Of a stretch of 64,000 bases of DNA, positions 35,890-47,254 are shown in pieces. The position numbers and the translations under genes were made by a program. The notes beneath the pieces are model-generated. The model was not told where the DNA came from, did not search any database, and saw nothing but the letters and a program-made list of their open reading frames with translations. Every line of letters starts with the position of its first letter. The first letter of the stretch is position 1. Source of the stretch: a virus (taxonomy: Duplodnaviria > Caudoviricetes); IMG/VR virus record IMGVR_UViG_3300013121_000046; one strand, 5' to 3'.

Positions 35890-38751
35890 CTATGCCCCTT
35901 GGGCATCTAAGGCTTCCCGAAATTCCTTAGAGAGTTTTCCTTCAGGAATTCCCAAGGTTTTTATTAGCTTAAGGAATTCAGGATTAGAAACCGCTTGCTG
36001 TATGGCTTTCTGCTGCCTCTTATCAACTATTTTTTTAATCTCAGTTGGAGAAAGGTTAGGATTTTCCTTACGAAGTCTCTCCGGAAGCTTAAAGTTAAAG
36101 TATATGGCCTTAAGATGAGTCAAGGCCGCTATAATATATTCATATTGGGGCAGTGATTCTGGGGTAACTGAAATAAGATATCTACCCATTGTTTCTGGGC
36201 TTGTCTTAGCTAAAAGGGGCTCAACCTTAGGCCAGCGGGACCCCGAAGCGCCCTCCAAATCTACAGTGTTTTTATCTACCAATGAACTTAGATACCCAGG
36301 GATGATTCGAGAAAATTTATCCTTAGTGGTGACCGAGAGTCTGGGATTAGACAGAGTTGCTAGTATTGTTTTCTCCAGAGGTTCCCAATGACTCCCCTGT
36401 AGCCCTGAGTCTCGATAGTACTGGTCAATCAATTCAGGATTACGATTGGCCAAAATAGCAGCCTCAGCTTCTGGCCAAGCTACATTAAAGGTAGATACAT
36501 ATCGTAGAATATCCGGAAGTACTTTTTTAGCCTCCCTACTCTTTAGGACCGAGTTAATCATAGATAGCAGAGGGCTATTTTTCGAGAAGGGTACCCTCGC
36601 TACCGTAATAGCATAATTTATGGCCTCGGAGGTATTCTTCTTCGTAACTAGAACTTTTTCCAATTCAGGCCACTCTGGTAACTTCAATATTTGTACGTAC
36701 TTATACGCTGAAGAATAATTACCGGAGCTAGCCTGTCCCAACAAAATTTTCTCTAACTCAGGCCAGCGAGCCTTTCTTACCTCGGTTAAATACTTGAGAG
36801 GGAAGGTCAAGTCTCCACTAGCTGCTTGTTGTAACACCCCTCGCTCAAGCGCAGGATACGGTTTGCCACCCAAAAACATTACCGCGTATGTATAAGCCTC
36901 TTCCGGACTTTCCGTCGCTAAAGCGACTAACTCCCGATCATCCAGTAGACCCTGTTTTGCAATTTCCCTACAATATTTAGCATATAGTTTAACACTTTTT
37001 TCCTTAATGACCGCAATGCACTTCTCCTGCTCCTCCTCTGAAATTTGCTTAGATAGCAGCATGGCATAAGCTATCCCAGGATCATCTGCATAATTCTTAA
37101 ACAAAATACTAGCAGAGGCCTTATCAGTTTTTAGTACATGCTGAATTAGATTTTTGACATTATCGCCCAAAGCATAGTCACGAATCAAACCCCCAGCAAC
37201 TAGAGCCTCCCAAACAGGATGGTCAGCCGGAATCATTTGCACTTGATTCCGAAGATTGTGCATCTGTCCACCAATAACGTATGGACCCATTAGAATCATA
37301 GGTACATTATTTCGATACAGTAGATATAAAGGTCTCTTAGGCCCAACAGCATAACCAGAAGAATCTCGATAAGTCTTGTGCTTCATACATACAGTAGAAC
37401 CAATACCAGATAACAATCCCGGCTCCTGCCCCTCTTCACCACAAACATCACCATCCTTAATTTTTACCAGCATATAAACCACGGGTTTAGCTGGGCCTTT
37501 TACCCAATTCTCTAGCTTTGAACTTAAGGCCCCACTGACCCAAGTATATGGATCAGAAAGAGTATCCTTAAAGGTAATCTCTATTGCATCCTGTAAATTA
37601 AGTTTTCGTTCATTAGTCTCTGGATCTATCTTATAGAATTTATCCGAGAAAGATAGTTCAGTAATGTCCTTATCTGAAAGAGATTCCTTCTTCTTACTTA
37701 GTAATTTCTTTACTTGGTTTGCATATGGTCCAAGGAGTTCTTCACCTCTTTCTTTTACGTACTCTCTAAGTTCCCCTCTAGCTTTTTCGGAGCTTCTGAG
37801 AACAGAATCCGCATCCATCCCAGGGTATCTCTGGGACATAAACTCATTCTTAGCCACCTGAAATAAAGTTGAAGCCTTATCAGCTAACCCCCAAAGCATG
37901 GTCGTATATTTTGACATTACCCCTAAGAAATCCTGATAGGTGGTAATACTGTTAGGTTGGGGATTAATATTTAACTCAAGAGGTTGTCCCTGGGCATCTC
38001 TAAAGAAAGGTAAACTCCGAAGGCGATCAAATCTCTCCAAATCCTTCCTAACTTCTTCTTCATCTGTGTGTAAGTCTAGATCCACCCCACCAATCGAAGA
38101 AGGTAATAGAGAAGTCTGAAAAACCCAGTCAATGTGTCCTGGAGAGACTCGATCACTAACAGTAATCCGTTGAATCACTGGAGGCATAAGTTCAGATGCC
38201 ACTTCCAACACCATCTTAGCCAGTTCCGGTCCTGTTGCTTTAGAGACTCCTTCCGCAGCTATATGTACCTTTCGGGTATAGAAATTGACCTTAATACTAG
38301 AAACTCGGAAAGGATTCTCCGGAGATTCCGGTAAGAAAGTTTCCCCTTTGGGGTCGCTAAAATCTTCTGATGCTTCGGGAACATCCTTGTTAACTTCTTC
38401 CTCAAGTGGGCTCAAATCCTGAGGCTGCTGTTTACGACTGGATTGTAATCTCTTAACAAAAGCCTCGGTACTAATGGGGGGAGAACCTCCCTTAACCCAG
38501 ACTAAATTTTGAACATAGGTACCACTTCCCGCGTCCTTAGTAGGTTGAATAGTTATGCTGTACCCGGTTGCAAGTTGAATTTCCGACAATAAACCCTTTA
38601 AGGCTCTCGCATTGTTACCGTCTCGGTGTCTGGAGGCATTTTCCAGATACCAATCTATCAATTGGAGTATCTTGGTGGTAGTCAAGGCGGCAACTCTTGT
38701 ACGAGCTTGGGGTATAAAAAACTTTACCCCAAAATTAGTCCTCTGAACCAT
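35890..38751 (-). CDS. Large protein with helical Y..(R)WPE.E..I repeats; probable internal virion protein
   Basis: PYPALE, RWPELE, EWPELE, AWPEAE, HWEPLE, RWPKVE. Confidence 0.65.
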   Translation of the reverse strand: MVQRTNFGVKFFIPQARTRVAALTTTKILQLIDWYLENASRHRDGNNARALKGLLSEIQLATGYSITIQPTKDAGSGTYVQNLVWVKGGSPPISTEAFVKRLQSSRKQQPQDLSPLEEEVNKDVPEASEDFSDPKGETFLPESPENPFRVSSIKVNFYTRKVHIAAEGVSKATGPELAKMVLEVASELMPPVIQRITVSDRVSPGHIDWVFQTSLLPSSIGGVDLDLHTDEEEVRKDLERFDRLRSLPFFRDAQGQPLELNINPQPNSITTYQDFLGVMSKYTTMLWGLADKASTLFQVAKNEFMSQRYPGMDADSVLRSSEKARGELREYVKERGEELLGPYANQVKKLLSKKKESLSDKDITELSFSDKFYKIDPETNERKLNLQDAIEITFKDTLSDPYTWVSGALSSKLENWVKGPAKPVVYMLVKIKDGDVCGEEGQEPGLLSGIGSTVCMKHKTYRDSSGYAVGPKRPLYLLYRNNVPMILMGPYVIGGQMHNLRNQVQMIPADHPVWEALVAGGLIRDYALGDNVKNLIQHVLKTDKASASILFKNYADDPGIAYAMLLSKQISEEEQEKCIAVIKEKSVKLYAKYCREIAKQGLLDDRELVALATESPEEAYTYAVMFLGGKPYPALERGVLQQAASGDLTFPLKYLTEVRKARWPELEKILLGQASSGNYSSAYKYVQILKLPEWPELEKVLVTKKNTSEAINYAITVARVPFSKNSPLLSMINSVLKSREAKKVLPDILRYVSTFNVAWPEAEAAILANRNPELIDQYYRDSGLQGSHWEPLEKTILATLSNPRLSVTTKDKFSRIIPGYLSSLVDKNTVDLEGASGSRWPKVEPLLAKTSPETMGRYLISVTPESLPQYEYIIAALTHLKAIYFNFKLPERLRKENPNLSPTEIKKIVDKRQQKAIQQAVSNPEFLKLIKTLGIPEGKLSKEFREALDAQGA

Positions 38752-38754
38752 AGT

Positions 38755-39102
38755 CTAGCTCCAAAATATCTGATCTTTAGCCTTGAGGGGAATACCCGTA
38801 AATCTTTCGTAAATTCTTTTCCATTTAGGGTACAAGTCTCGCTTTTCCATACCACCGTATTTTTCCTGCACAGCTAGTAAAGCATCCAACCAAGACTCTT
38901 GGGGAGTCAGTTTTTCCTCCGTAAGCCCACGCCCTACACTGTCGAGCAGTAAAGACTCTATCTCCAGAGCCTCCTGCTTATACCTGGTATCAATTTCCTC
39001 CGGAGTATACTCCGATCTAGGAGCAGCCTCCAGCAAGGCTGTAGCTAGTCTCCAACGTCGGGTTGCGTCCATACTAGTAACTTGTCTTAGTATACCCACC
39101 AC
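38755..39102 (-). CDS. Hypothetical protein
   Basis: ORF in operon; likely start MDATRR. Confidence 0.55.
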   Translation of the reverse strand: MVGILRQVTSMDATRRWRLATALLEAAPRSEYTPEEIDTRYKQEALEIESLLLDSVGRGLTEEKLTPQESWLDALLAVQEKYGGMEKRDLYPKWKRIYERFTGIPLKAKDQIFWS

Positions 39103-40756
39103 TAGAAGAACTTCCAGAAGGGGTTGTGAGTTTGGCTACATCATTCGGATTCTGTGTTGTAATGTCTACAGTCCCACCAGGACCAGGGGAAACCTTAGCT
39201 CCTGGTCCCATTTCCTGTCTAATCTTTTGCGCCGACGGCGGAGTGACTGTAACATTAAGCTCAGGGGCAGTAGGATTAGTCTGCCCTGAAACACTGGCCA
39301 GAAGATTATACCTGTCAATGAATTTAGTGTTGAAACCATACTTACATAATCGTCTGCCCAATTTACCCAGAAGCTTCGTGTCCAGAGAACAAATCCTCGA
39401 AGCCCTTCTGGATTGAATAGACACCTCTACCGAATCCGTAATACCCAAAGAAGAAACGATCTCTCTAACCGTACGATGGACCGTATTTTTCTCGCCACTA
39501 GGCAAATCTGGCTCATCTTTTCCCAAGGGTCCCAGGTAATCTTTTTCTGTGTCCACAGGTTGATTCAGTGCAAAATTTGCATAATCAGGACTTTTCTGTA
39601 GGGCTAAATGCCAAACTGCTTCCCAAGCTGGGGTAGAATCTTTATATATGCCGGTCTCTTCGGCTATATCCTCCGGATTCTGTTCCTCCGCCTCCTCTTG
39701 CTCTCGGTAACTTCCTTTCTCCCCAGCTTGAAGTTTTTTAGAGGCTTGTCTTGGTGGTTGTAACCAAGCTTGTACGTTAGCCTGAAGTTGCTGTGGGTTT
39801 ATTTCAACACCGAAAACTCCAGCAGCTACCAAGGCCTTAAATTCAACGTTACTTAGCCTGAAGGCTATCGCTAGTTTATTTGGTGACCAACCCGACCGAG
39901 TTTTAAGTAAGGTCGGAGAAGACGTTAATTTAATCAGACCTGAGATCAGCGGGGGTCTTTCATTAGCTACAGCCTTCCTTACTTCTACCTTTTTCAGCTT
40001 TTTATAGTATCGAGGATCTTCCGTAAGATGATCTCGCACAATATCCTCAGCAATTGCGAGATCATCTGTATGCTCCGTCTCTACAGATAAACCTTCCGCT
40101 ACCTCCTCAGGATCAAAATCCCCCAAAGAAGTATCATCGCCTTTTCCTCCCGGAAGATCATCATACCAGGGAGTCTTGGTTTCACTCATAGCTTTCACCA
40201 AAGCCTTGGGTTTAGAATTAGCTTGACTCTTCCCTAAGTACCTTACACTGTCTTCCCTAAATAGATTTGCGGTAATTATCCTAAGCTCTCTTACAAAATC
40301 TTCTGGGGTTGGATATCGTTTCAGTATCTTAAGCTTACTTCGATCCAACCAGACTGCTAAGTCATGCTCCTTTTCCTCAAGTCGAAACCTACCTCCAGTA
40401 ATTACCCCCCGAAGCATGACACCATACTTACCATCCGGAGTCTTAAAAAAGACTCTTCTTCCCTGAATAATCTTAACCTCATAACCTGTTTCTTCCTGAA
40501 CCTCCCTAATCCCGGCCTGTTCTAATGTTTCTCCGGGCTCCCTATGCCCCCCAGGAGTTTCCCACTGCCCAGTCTTATCATCAGCTTCTGATCTTCGGAC
40601 AACTAGGATTCTCCCAGAAGAATCTTGTATGACTACTACAACAATCTGTATGTCTTTATCCTTAAGTGGACGTACTACTTTTTTACCCTTTTCCCTTACC
40701 TCTACTCGATTCGGGTTTTTTATATGCTTTGCTAGGATTGTAGCTAGTCTAAACAT
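39074..40756 (-). CDS. NUDIX hydrolase + DUF5661-like multidomain protein
   Basis: GGHREPGETLEQAGIREVQEETG; GGKGD...GLSVETEHT...DHLTEDPRYY. Confidence 0.8.
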   Translation of the reverse strand: MFRLATILAKHIKNPNRVEVREKGKKVVRPLKDKDIQIVVVVIQDSSGRILVVRRSEADDKTGQWETPGGHREPGETLEQAGIREVQEETGYEVKIIQGRRVFFKTPDGKYGVMLRGVITGGRFRLEEKEHDLAVWLDRSKLKILKRYPTPEDFVRELRIITANLFREDSVRYLGKSQANSKPKALVKAMSETKTPWYDDLPGGKGDDTSLGDFDPEEVAEGLSVETEHTDDLAIAEDIVRDHLTEDPRYYKKLKKVEVRKAVANERPPLISGLIKLTSSPTLLKTRSGWSPNKLAIAFRLSNVEFKALVAAGVFGVEINPQQLQANVQAWLQPPRQASKKLQAGEKGSYREQEEAEEQNPEDIAEETGIYKDSTPAWEAVWHLALQKSPDYANFALNQPVDTEKDYLGPLGKDEPDLPSGEKNTVHRTVREIVSSLGITDSVEVSIQSRRASRICSLDTKLLGKLGRRLCKYGFNTKFIDRYNLLASVSGQTNPTAPELNVTVTPPSAQKIRQEMGPGAKVSPGPGGTVDITTQNPNDVAKLTTPSGSSSSGGYTKTSY

Positions 40757-40762
40757 TTTTAA

Positions 40763-43405
40763 TTATTTCCACCAATCCTGATCCTCATCGGACTCCTCAT
40801 TCTGCTCGTAATCAAGTAAATCATCATTTTCTGGCGTCTCTTCTGCTAAGGGGGCCAGCAATCGAGACAACTCCCGCTGAGCTTCCGGAGACCTACTGGC
40901 TACCAGGGAGAATATTCTCTGAACCGTCCCAGGGGAAGCCTGTGTTAAGGCATAATATAGTTTAGTATAATCTACTCCCTCGGGAGCCAATCGCAATAAC
41001 CTCCGCCAAAATTCAGGACCAACTTGGATATCTGGAATTTCTTGCTCAGCGGCGTCCGCCCAGAACATTACCTTCTGAGCCTGGTCCTTTGGGAGAGAAC
41101 CAACATGGTGCATCGAGATGAGTTGAGTCACCCCCTTAGATAACTCCTGTACCAATACCGGGAAAGTCATAGCTTTGGCCACAACTTTCATTACTGGAGA
41201 ATCTGAGTCTACAGTTTCTTGTTCCGTATCATAGTCAGTAGCATCTTCTGCCTCATCATCCTCCCACCACTCCTCCATATTACGTTCTTTTTTACTTTCA
41301 GGATATTCCATCTCCAATTTAACACTACCAGATTGACCCAAACCCCCAACAGCTTCCGATCCTAACATCCAGTAGTAAGAATGTGCTACACTTGATAATT
41401 TTTGATAAAGAGCTACTAACTCTGGGTTCACAGTCTTAAGGGCATCCTGGGCCATATGACCAATATGAAGCATCTCATGGACGCCCGCTCCTTGAGATAG
41501 TTGATTCAGGTTTATCCGCTTAAATACCTCATCTTTCATATCTTTGGGCAATTGATTAAAGTTAGCTTCTCCCTGAGGTGCTAACCGTGTCACCGTATCG
41601 TTTGGATCTATTCGGTTCATCTGGTCGAAAGAAACAATCAATTCTCCCGACAGGAGTGAGGGAGATATTCCCCAGGCTTCCGAAACTATACTTACTGCTA
41701 ACTGTTCTAACTGTCTCTTGTGCTGAGCTTCAATTTGTAGTATTTTATGCACCAAAGTTTGCGGCAAAAGCGAACTGGCACCTCTCTGTTGATTTAATCT
41801 TTGCGTATACTCCCAAGATGCTCTTGAAAGCTGATCGCCATACTCCCGCATTCCAGGATGCTGGCCATACACAGGATGCTGGCCATTATACCAATTGGCT
41901 GTATCGGGATGGACCTCATCATCATAGGCAGCTAGTCTCTTACCCCGTTTAGCCTGTCTGAAATAGCTAAACTTAGGGGGCCTATCCCCGTAAACATCAT
42001 GTACAGTAAGTCGCTCCTCATTCAGTAGGGGAGTAACGGTTGCCCGAGGAGCCGGTTGGGGATGTTCCTTAGGGAACCTAGGCCGGAAAGGATCAGTTTT
42101 TGGTGGTGTCTGTGGTTTAGGTGGGGACTTTACCGGGGTCGGCTTTTCCCCTTCCGCCCGAGGAGCCGGTTGAGGATGTTCCTTAGGGAATCTAGGCCGG
42201 AAAGGATCAGTTTTTGGCGGCGTCTGGGGCTTAGGGGGAGCCTTTACTGGAACAGGTTTCTCAGCCCGGACCTTTCTTCTGGCTGTGATTCTCTGTACCA
42301 TTTTATGGATAAGTTCAGCATCATCTGAAGACTTACCCAAAGTCTTCAGATATTTCAACACATCATGCTTAGTTATTTTTTTAGGATGCTTGTCGGCGGC
42401 ATACTCCTCAATACAACCCTCGACTAAATCCAAAATGGGCCCCTGCTCAGAATTTTCATCCGTCTTACTAGCCTTTTTACTTACCGAATCTTCGCCAGAA
42501 AAAATATCCTCAGCCCAGGACATATCCTCACTAGACTCTGGCACAGAAAAATCCGGAGTTTCATCTAAGTCTGGCCTTGATAGACCAAACCACTCCTCTC
42601 TAAGTTCCTGTATAGCTTGCTTCCAGGCTTGGACCGATTCGACATACTCTTGATCCGGTGTGTACCACCCATCAAAAACTGAGTTTAACTTGTTCTCCCA
42701 CTGACTCAAGTCCGCATCAGTAAGCTCTGGATGGTCAACTCGATAATCCTCTAAGTATTCCTTAGCCGATATAGTCAAATGCTGCGGGGCCTTCATCGAC
42801 TGTTGAGTATCCTCTTTAAGCTCATCTATTTTTTTCTTAGCCACTGGCAATCGACTGAGAGTTGGCTTATTCAAAGGAATCTTATCCCCAGCCAACCGGG
42901 CTAAAAGTTTCCTTGCAGCTATCTGATCGCCACTTCTAGCCGTTTTTTCTAAGGCTTGAGCCAAGACCTGAAGGGTTACAGATGAACTCTGTTTGGCTAA
43001 TTTCTTAGTTGTTTTAGCCAACGATGCAGTGGCTTGAATCGGGGTGTGCGTTTTCAGCAATTGATCTACCCGAGCCCGTAACCCTTTTGAAGCTTTCCTA
43101 TAGCCGTAATCCGTTGATCCTTCCAGCATAGCTTGCCATTTCTTAACCATCTTCCTAGCAACCACAAGCGCCTCCGCCTCAGAAGCTATAACATCCCCCG
43201 AACCAGCCTCAAAAACCTCGACCATCGCCGCTCCAATGGGTCGAGTAGCGAGTTTAGCGACTCGCAAAGTTTTATTGATTCGAGGCAGTACTTCCGGATT
43301 CAACGGGGTGATTATCGTTGAAAACTTCCCACCCTTCGAGATAAGTACCGAATTAAGAAGGCCCGAGGAAGCCAAAATTTCTGAGAGTTTTTTATCGAAA
43401 CTCAT
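40763..43405 (-). CDS. Large modular probable internal head protein
   Basis: Alternating basic and acidic segments, Pro-rich duplicated linker, folded C-terminal domain. Confidence 0.65.
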   Translation of the reverse strand: MSFDKKLSEILASSGLLNSVLISKGGKFSTIITPLNPEVLPRINKTLRVAKLATRPIGAAMVEVFEAGSGDVIASEAEALVVARKMVKKWQAMLEGSTDYGYRKASKGLRARVDQLLKTHTPIQATASLAKTTKKLAKQSSSVTLQVLAQALEKTARSGDQIAARKLLARLAGDKIPLNKPTLSRLPVAKKKIDELKEDTQQSMKAPQHLTISAKEYLEDYRVDHPELTDADLSQWENKLNSVFDGWYTPDQEYVESVQAWKQAIQELREEWFGLSRPDLDETPDFSVPESSEDMSWAEDIFSGEDSVSKKASKTDENSEQGPILDLVEGCIEEYAADKHPKKITKHDVLKYLKTLGKSSDDAELIHKMVQRITARRKVRAEKPVPVKAPPKPQTPPKTDPFRPRFPKEHPQPAPRAEGEKPTPVKSPPKPQTPPKTDPFRPRFPKEHPQPAPRATVTPLLNEERLTVHDVYGDRPPKFSYFRQAKRGKRLAAYDDEVHPDTANWYNGQHPVYGQHPGMREYGDQLSRASWEYTQRLNQQRGASSLLPQTLVHKILQIEAQHKRQLEQLAVSIVSEAWGISPSLLSGELIVSFDQMNRIDPNDTVTRLAPQGEANFNQLPKDMKDEVFKRINLNQLSQGAGVHEMLHIGHMAQDALKTVNPELVALYQKLSSVAHSYYWMLGSEAVGGLGQSGSVKLEMEYPESKKERNMEEWWEDDEAEDATDYDTEQETVDSDSPVMKVVAKAMTFPVLVQELSKGVTQLISMHHVGSLPKDQAQKVMFWADAAEQEIPDIQVGPEFWRRLLRLAPEGVDYTKLYYALTQASPGTVQRIFSLVASRSPEAQRELSRLLAPLAEETPENDDLLDYEQNEESDEDQDWWK
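42042..42265. repeat. 114-bp period coding duplication (PPKPQTPPKTDPFRPRFPKEHPQPAPRA x2)
   Basis: Two near-identical units, mostly synonymous differences. Confidence 0.9.
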
Positions 43406-43473
43406 TAGCTAATCCTCGCTATAGAATTTAATCCCTACCCATTTCCACGGAGTAGCGATTAAAAAATGATAAT

Positions 43474-43512
43474 AAAAAAACCCAGGGAATGCGGTTAACT
43501 CCCCGGGTTTTT
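43474..43512 (-). terminator. Terminator, possibly bidirectional
   Basis: AAAAACCCGGGGAG...TTCCCTGGGTTTTTTT on minus strand. Confidence 0.75.
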
Positions 43513-43599
43513 ACTCAACCCCCCAGTTATAATTTATTTGGGTACTCTACGAGCAGATCGAATGAATCCTAATAAAAACAAAGCTGAACGGTGACGGAC

Positions 43600-46197
43600 T
43601 TAAGCTTCTTCGGTTGGGCAGCTTAGGCGTCCCACTAGGGACTTCGCTAGGAATCGCTCGCAGGGTGGGACGTGAGTCGTTACTCGTCCGATTACCGGAC
43701 GTGCTGGGGGTGGTGAAGGAGGCGGTGAAGGAGGCGGTGAAGGAGGTGGAGATGGAGGTGGAGATGGAGGCGGTGAAGGAGGTGGTGGCGGTGAAGGGGC
43801 TTCTTCTCCGGTTCCCTGAATCGTAAAATCGTATGGGTTTTCGTCCGAATCGTCATTCTCTATAGATATCGTCGCTGATCGAAGGCCCGCTGCACTAGGG
43901 GTGAACGTGATCGTGAAATCAGAGGTATTTCCGGCTGATATGGTCCCTGAGGGGGCCACTGCTAACGTAAAATCTGCGGCATGGGCTCCTCCTATTGCTA
44001 CTTTTGGAGTCCCCGACAGAGTTAGAATTTGGTTCCCCGTGTTGGCCACGGTGAAAATCTGGTTCGACGGAACCCCTACCGTGACGGACCCGAAATCGGT
44101 CCCGTCTGTCACGGTAGGGGTTGTATCTCCATCAGAAATTGGGTTCCCGTCTCCCGACACTGAAATTTCCGGGGCGAGTAGGAGATAAGCTAATGCTCCG
44201 ATAGTCCCTGCGTCGTGGGCTGCCCCGTCTAGTAGGACGTTTGTCGGTCTCCATCCTTCTCGGACCCAAGCATGGACGGCCTTAGTATAAGAGGCTGAGG
44301 ATAAACTCAAGTCAGAATCAGTGATCGTCAACCCGTTGATGGCGGCTTGCCTGATCCTGAAGTAGGATGCTAGCTCCCAGTTTGTGCGAAAACTGCTGGC
44401 CACCCCGGGCTTGCCATTGGTCGCATGGCCTGAAACGCTCGTGTGAGCGGTCACACAACGGTAGTTGACCGACTGTCCTCCGTAAAAACCCGAGTCACTG
44501 GCCGAGACCATATCCCCCACTGCGTAGACCGTCGCGTCAGCCCAGGCGGAGGGGGAGTTTCCAAGGTATGCAGAGTCAAACGTCGCAAAGCAACGCGCCG
44601 GGTCATAGAACATCGGTCCTTCGGTCTGTTCATTTGACCCATCTGCGAGCGTCACGTCGTTTGCGGCGATTGCCTGGTTCGAGAGCCTGAAGCCCTGATA
44701 ACCTCTCTTAGTCTGACCACCTGCCCCACTGCTGTTGTAGACCGTACCATCGTTCAAGTTGTAGTTGGCGTTGTAATTTAGTCCGGACGGGGTTGCCACG
44801 TCCGTCACGGTCCCGGTTGCATCGTAGATCGTCCACCCGTCTTGACTGGGCCTAGATTTTGCCCAGACCAGGTTGGACCTACAATAGGAGATCATGTTCG
44901 CATGGCCGGCATACCCTGATCCGCTGTAAAATGCGGCATCGCCAGTCCCACCGCCTGGCTGGCGACTGACCATAGTGTTGTGTTCGTACTCTAAGGTGAC
45001 ATTGGCGTTGCCGTGAGCGGTGTGATTACCGGTCATGTAGCCGGCAGAATTCGGTAGGGCCAAACCCCTGATGTGCCGGATCGTTATTGCTACCGATGGT
45101 AGCAGGGCTTGAGAGAGGTCACTGTCAATGTTGTTCCCGGTGTTCTCGTACACGAACCCGTCGTAGATAACACGGCCGCCTGAACCTGTTGTGTAACCAA
45201 AAACCCCCAGATAACCGGATTCTCCCCCGGTATCATTCACCAGGTAGTTGTCCAGGACGGTGCCGGTCGGCTCTCCTATATGTCCCGTCTGTAAAACCCT
45301 CTGTAGCCAGAGATTGTTCTGGCACGAGGTCATCACGTCGTTGCTCGTGACCGTACTGTATAATGTGGCCCCGAAGACGTTGTTCTCACAGACAAAATTC
45401 TTCACTGTCGTCGCGAAGATGCACAGTCGTGTTTGTGAGGGGTGATAGAAAACGTTCCTCGTCAGGACTCGCTGACCGGTCGTCGCTGAAGCTGTCGTCA
45501 GCCACAGGTCATATTTGCTTGAATTAATCCCCGAGTCAAACAGACAGTTCGTGATCGAGAGGTTGTTCCCCGCGAGACAGTTCATACATTCGACCAGTCC
45601 ACAACGGGTAAACGTGCAGTGGTCGAAGATACATTCAGTTGTCGCCCCGTTGGCGTTGATCTCTATAGCTTGGTTATCATAGTTAATAGTGGTTTTCCCT
45701 AGGTCGGAGAAGTCTGTGTATGCAGCGTTGATGTTACACCAAGCGGTGACACCGTTGGCGTACCGACCGATCAGACCGTTTTGAGACCCTACAGCCTTCC
45801 GGAATGTCACACGAGACACGCCCGTGCCGTTGCAGATGATCTTCGATCCGGCTTGGCTGCTTCCGGAACTGAACCTAATTTTGTAGTAAGGTGTTCCAGC
45901 CGCCAGGGAAGAGTCGAACTCATAGGTGGAGCCGGCAGCCATTGTCAAAGTGCCGTTCTCCAGTCGAGTATCCCCCCGAACAGTGAGTACGACCCCCGAA
46001 CTCACTGTCAGGTTTTTAGCACTTGCGATCTGAATCACGAGCGTGCCGGCAGCACCTGACGTTCCCACCGTGGTATTAGTATCCACGACAACGTTGTGAT
46101 TGATCGTGACAGTATCACCGTTGCCTGGTACGACCCCACCGGTCCATGTACTGGTACTCGACCAGTTGCCTGCTTGCGCTGTGGTGATCGCCGCCAT
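43600..46197 (-). CDS. G8-like/beta-helix + CBM5/12-like + ASH/choice-of-anchor-D Ig surface protein with (SPPP)n tail
   Basis: [21 protein letters not shown]; [11 protein letters not shown]...YRCVTAHTS; DGTDFGSV...[16 protein letters not shown]. Confidence 0.8.
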   Translation of the reverse strand: MAAITTAQAGNWSSTSTWTGGVVPGNGDTVTINHNVVVDTNTTVGTSGAAGTLVIQIASAKNLTVSSGVVLTVRGDTRLENGTLTMAAGSTYEFDSSLAAGTPYYKIRFSSGSSQAGSKIICNGTGVSRVTFRKAVGSQNGLIGRYANGVTAWCNINAAYTDFSDLGKTTINYDNQAIEINANGATTECIFDHCTFTRCGLVECMNCLAGNNLSITNCLFDSGINSSKYDLWLTTASATTGQRVLTRNVFYHPSQTRLCIFATTVKNFVCENNVFGATLYSTVTSNDVMTSCQNNLWLQRVLQTGHIGEPTGTVLDNYLVNDTGGESGYLGVFGYTTGSGGRVIYDGFVYENTGNNIDSDLSQALLPSVAITIRHIRGLALPNSAGYMTGNHTAHGNANVTLEYEHNTMVSRQPGGGTGDAAFYSGSGYAGHANMISYCRSNLVWAKSRPSQDGWTIYDATGTVTDVATPSGLNYNANYNLNDGTVYNSSGAGGQTKRGYQGFRLSNQAIAANDVTLADGSNEQTEGPMFYDPARCFATFDSAYLGNSPSAWADATVYAVGDMVSASDSGFYGGQSVNYRCVTAHTSVSGHATNGKPGVASSFRTNWELASYFRIRQAAINGLTITDSDLSLSSASYTKAVHAWVREGWRPTNVLLDGAAHDAGTIGALAYLLLAPEISVSGDGNPISDGDTTPTVTDGTDFGSVTVGVPSNQIFTVANTGNQILTLSGTPKVAIGGAHAADFTLAVAPSGTISAGNTSDFTITFTPSAAGLRSATISIENDDSDENPYDFTIQGTGEEAPSPPPPPSPPPSPPPSPPPSPPPSPPPSPPPARPVIGRVTTHVPPCERFLAKSLVGRLSCPTEEA
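43707..43795. repeat. Coding (SPPP)n repeat
   Basis: GGTGAAGGAGGC-type 12-bp units. Confidence 0.85.
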
Positions 46198-46223
46198 CTC
46201 GCCCTGCTCTCGCTGGGATGAGT

Positions 46224-46703
46224 TTAGATTATCTTGACCTGAAGAGTCGTCGTCGCAGTGTCCTCACCCGCAGCGGGCTGAGTCACTACTGCTACCACAT
46301 ATCGGTGACCTTTGAGGTCCACTTCTTTCCAGGACGAGAATTGCCACCCGTTCCAAATCAGGTCTGCCTCAGCATCTCTAGTCAGGGATAAATCTGTTAC
46401 GCCCTCTGGGTCTGGTAGTTTCGCCCCGTTCCCCTCTGTCTGACCCGGAGTCGGAGGTACATCGGTTCCTAAGAAGTAAAAACCCGGTTCCGTGTCAAAG
46501 GTGGCTTCCGGATCATATTTCAACCGAAACATTAGAGTCGTGCCCTGTCCCGCCGTGTCTAGGTAATTCGACCCCTCCCGATCCGGTGGGATCACTTCGT
46601 CCTCCTCTTCCACGGTCGCTAGGTCTTGCCAAGAGCTAAGGATCGAGACCGGGACTGTTAGCCGGCTTTTGCTGTCACCCGACCTGTTCGTGATCTTGAC
46701 CAT
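46224..46703 (-). CDS. Hypothetical beta-sandwich protein
   Basis: 159 aa, GC-rich like its neighbour. Confidence 0.6.
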   Translation of the reverse strand: MVKITNRSGDSKSRLTVPVSILSSWQDLATVEEEDEVIPPDREGSNYLDTAGQGTTLMFRLKYDPEATFDTEPGFYFLGTDVPPTPGQTEGNGAKLPDPEGVTDLSLTRDAEADLIWNGWQFSSWKEVDLKGHRYVVAVVTQPAAGEDTATTTLQVKII

Positions 46704-46820
46704 TTTTCACCCCTGGTCCTGTTGATGTTTAATGATTCGGAAGGGCCGGGTTTCCCCGGTGGGTTGGAATCCCCCACCTTCCGCTCTTTTCTTTTTTCCT
46801 AATGTTTCCGCCATGACAAA

Positions 46821-46854
46821 CTGGCCCCTGCACACACTACTGGGCAGGGGCCAG
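46821..46854 (-). terminator. GC-rich hairpin, probable terminator
   Basis: CTGGCCCCTGC/GCAGGGGCCAG; only a short T tail. Confidence 0.55.
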
Positions 46855-46876
46855 AGGGACACTAACAAACCTTTAC

Positions 46877-47254
46877 CTACCCATTCGGTAAACTACCACC
46901 CATGAGAGCCATAAAGTCAGAAGCAGATAACACTGTTGGTAATCTACCCATTTTTTTAGTCAACTTTCTCCCAGAATACCGCTTAGCGAATCTAACCCCA
47001 GCAGATTCCCCGGATGAAGTTGGCCAATTCTCCCAAGACCTATTATTCATTGGGTAAATTAGTGGCCCAGGCTCAGAAGTCTTGGGACTACTCTCCCCAA
47101 TATCCGCCACAATCTCCTGCATCTGAGACATGGTTGATATCGTTCGACTATACAAATCCCCATCCTGTGGTACATCCGCAATAACTAAAGCGTCTAGAAG
47201 GGCCTCCTGCACCCTGAATAACGCTTGCTCAGCCCTTTCAATAGGACTACGCAT
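46877..47254 (-). CDS. Hypothetical protein
   Basis: 125-aa ORF. Confidence 0.55.
   Translation of the reverse strand: MRSPIERAEQALFRVQEALLDALVIADVPQDGDLYSRTISTMSQMQEIVADIGESSPKTSEPGPLIYPMNNRSWENWPTSSGESAGVRFAKRYSGRKLTKKMGRLPTVLSASDFMALMGGSLPNG

Noticed and set aside
42042-42265. DGR template/variable repeat pair
   Set aside because: In-frame coding duplication with mostly synonymous, non-adenine-specific differences; no reverse transcriptase in window
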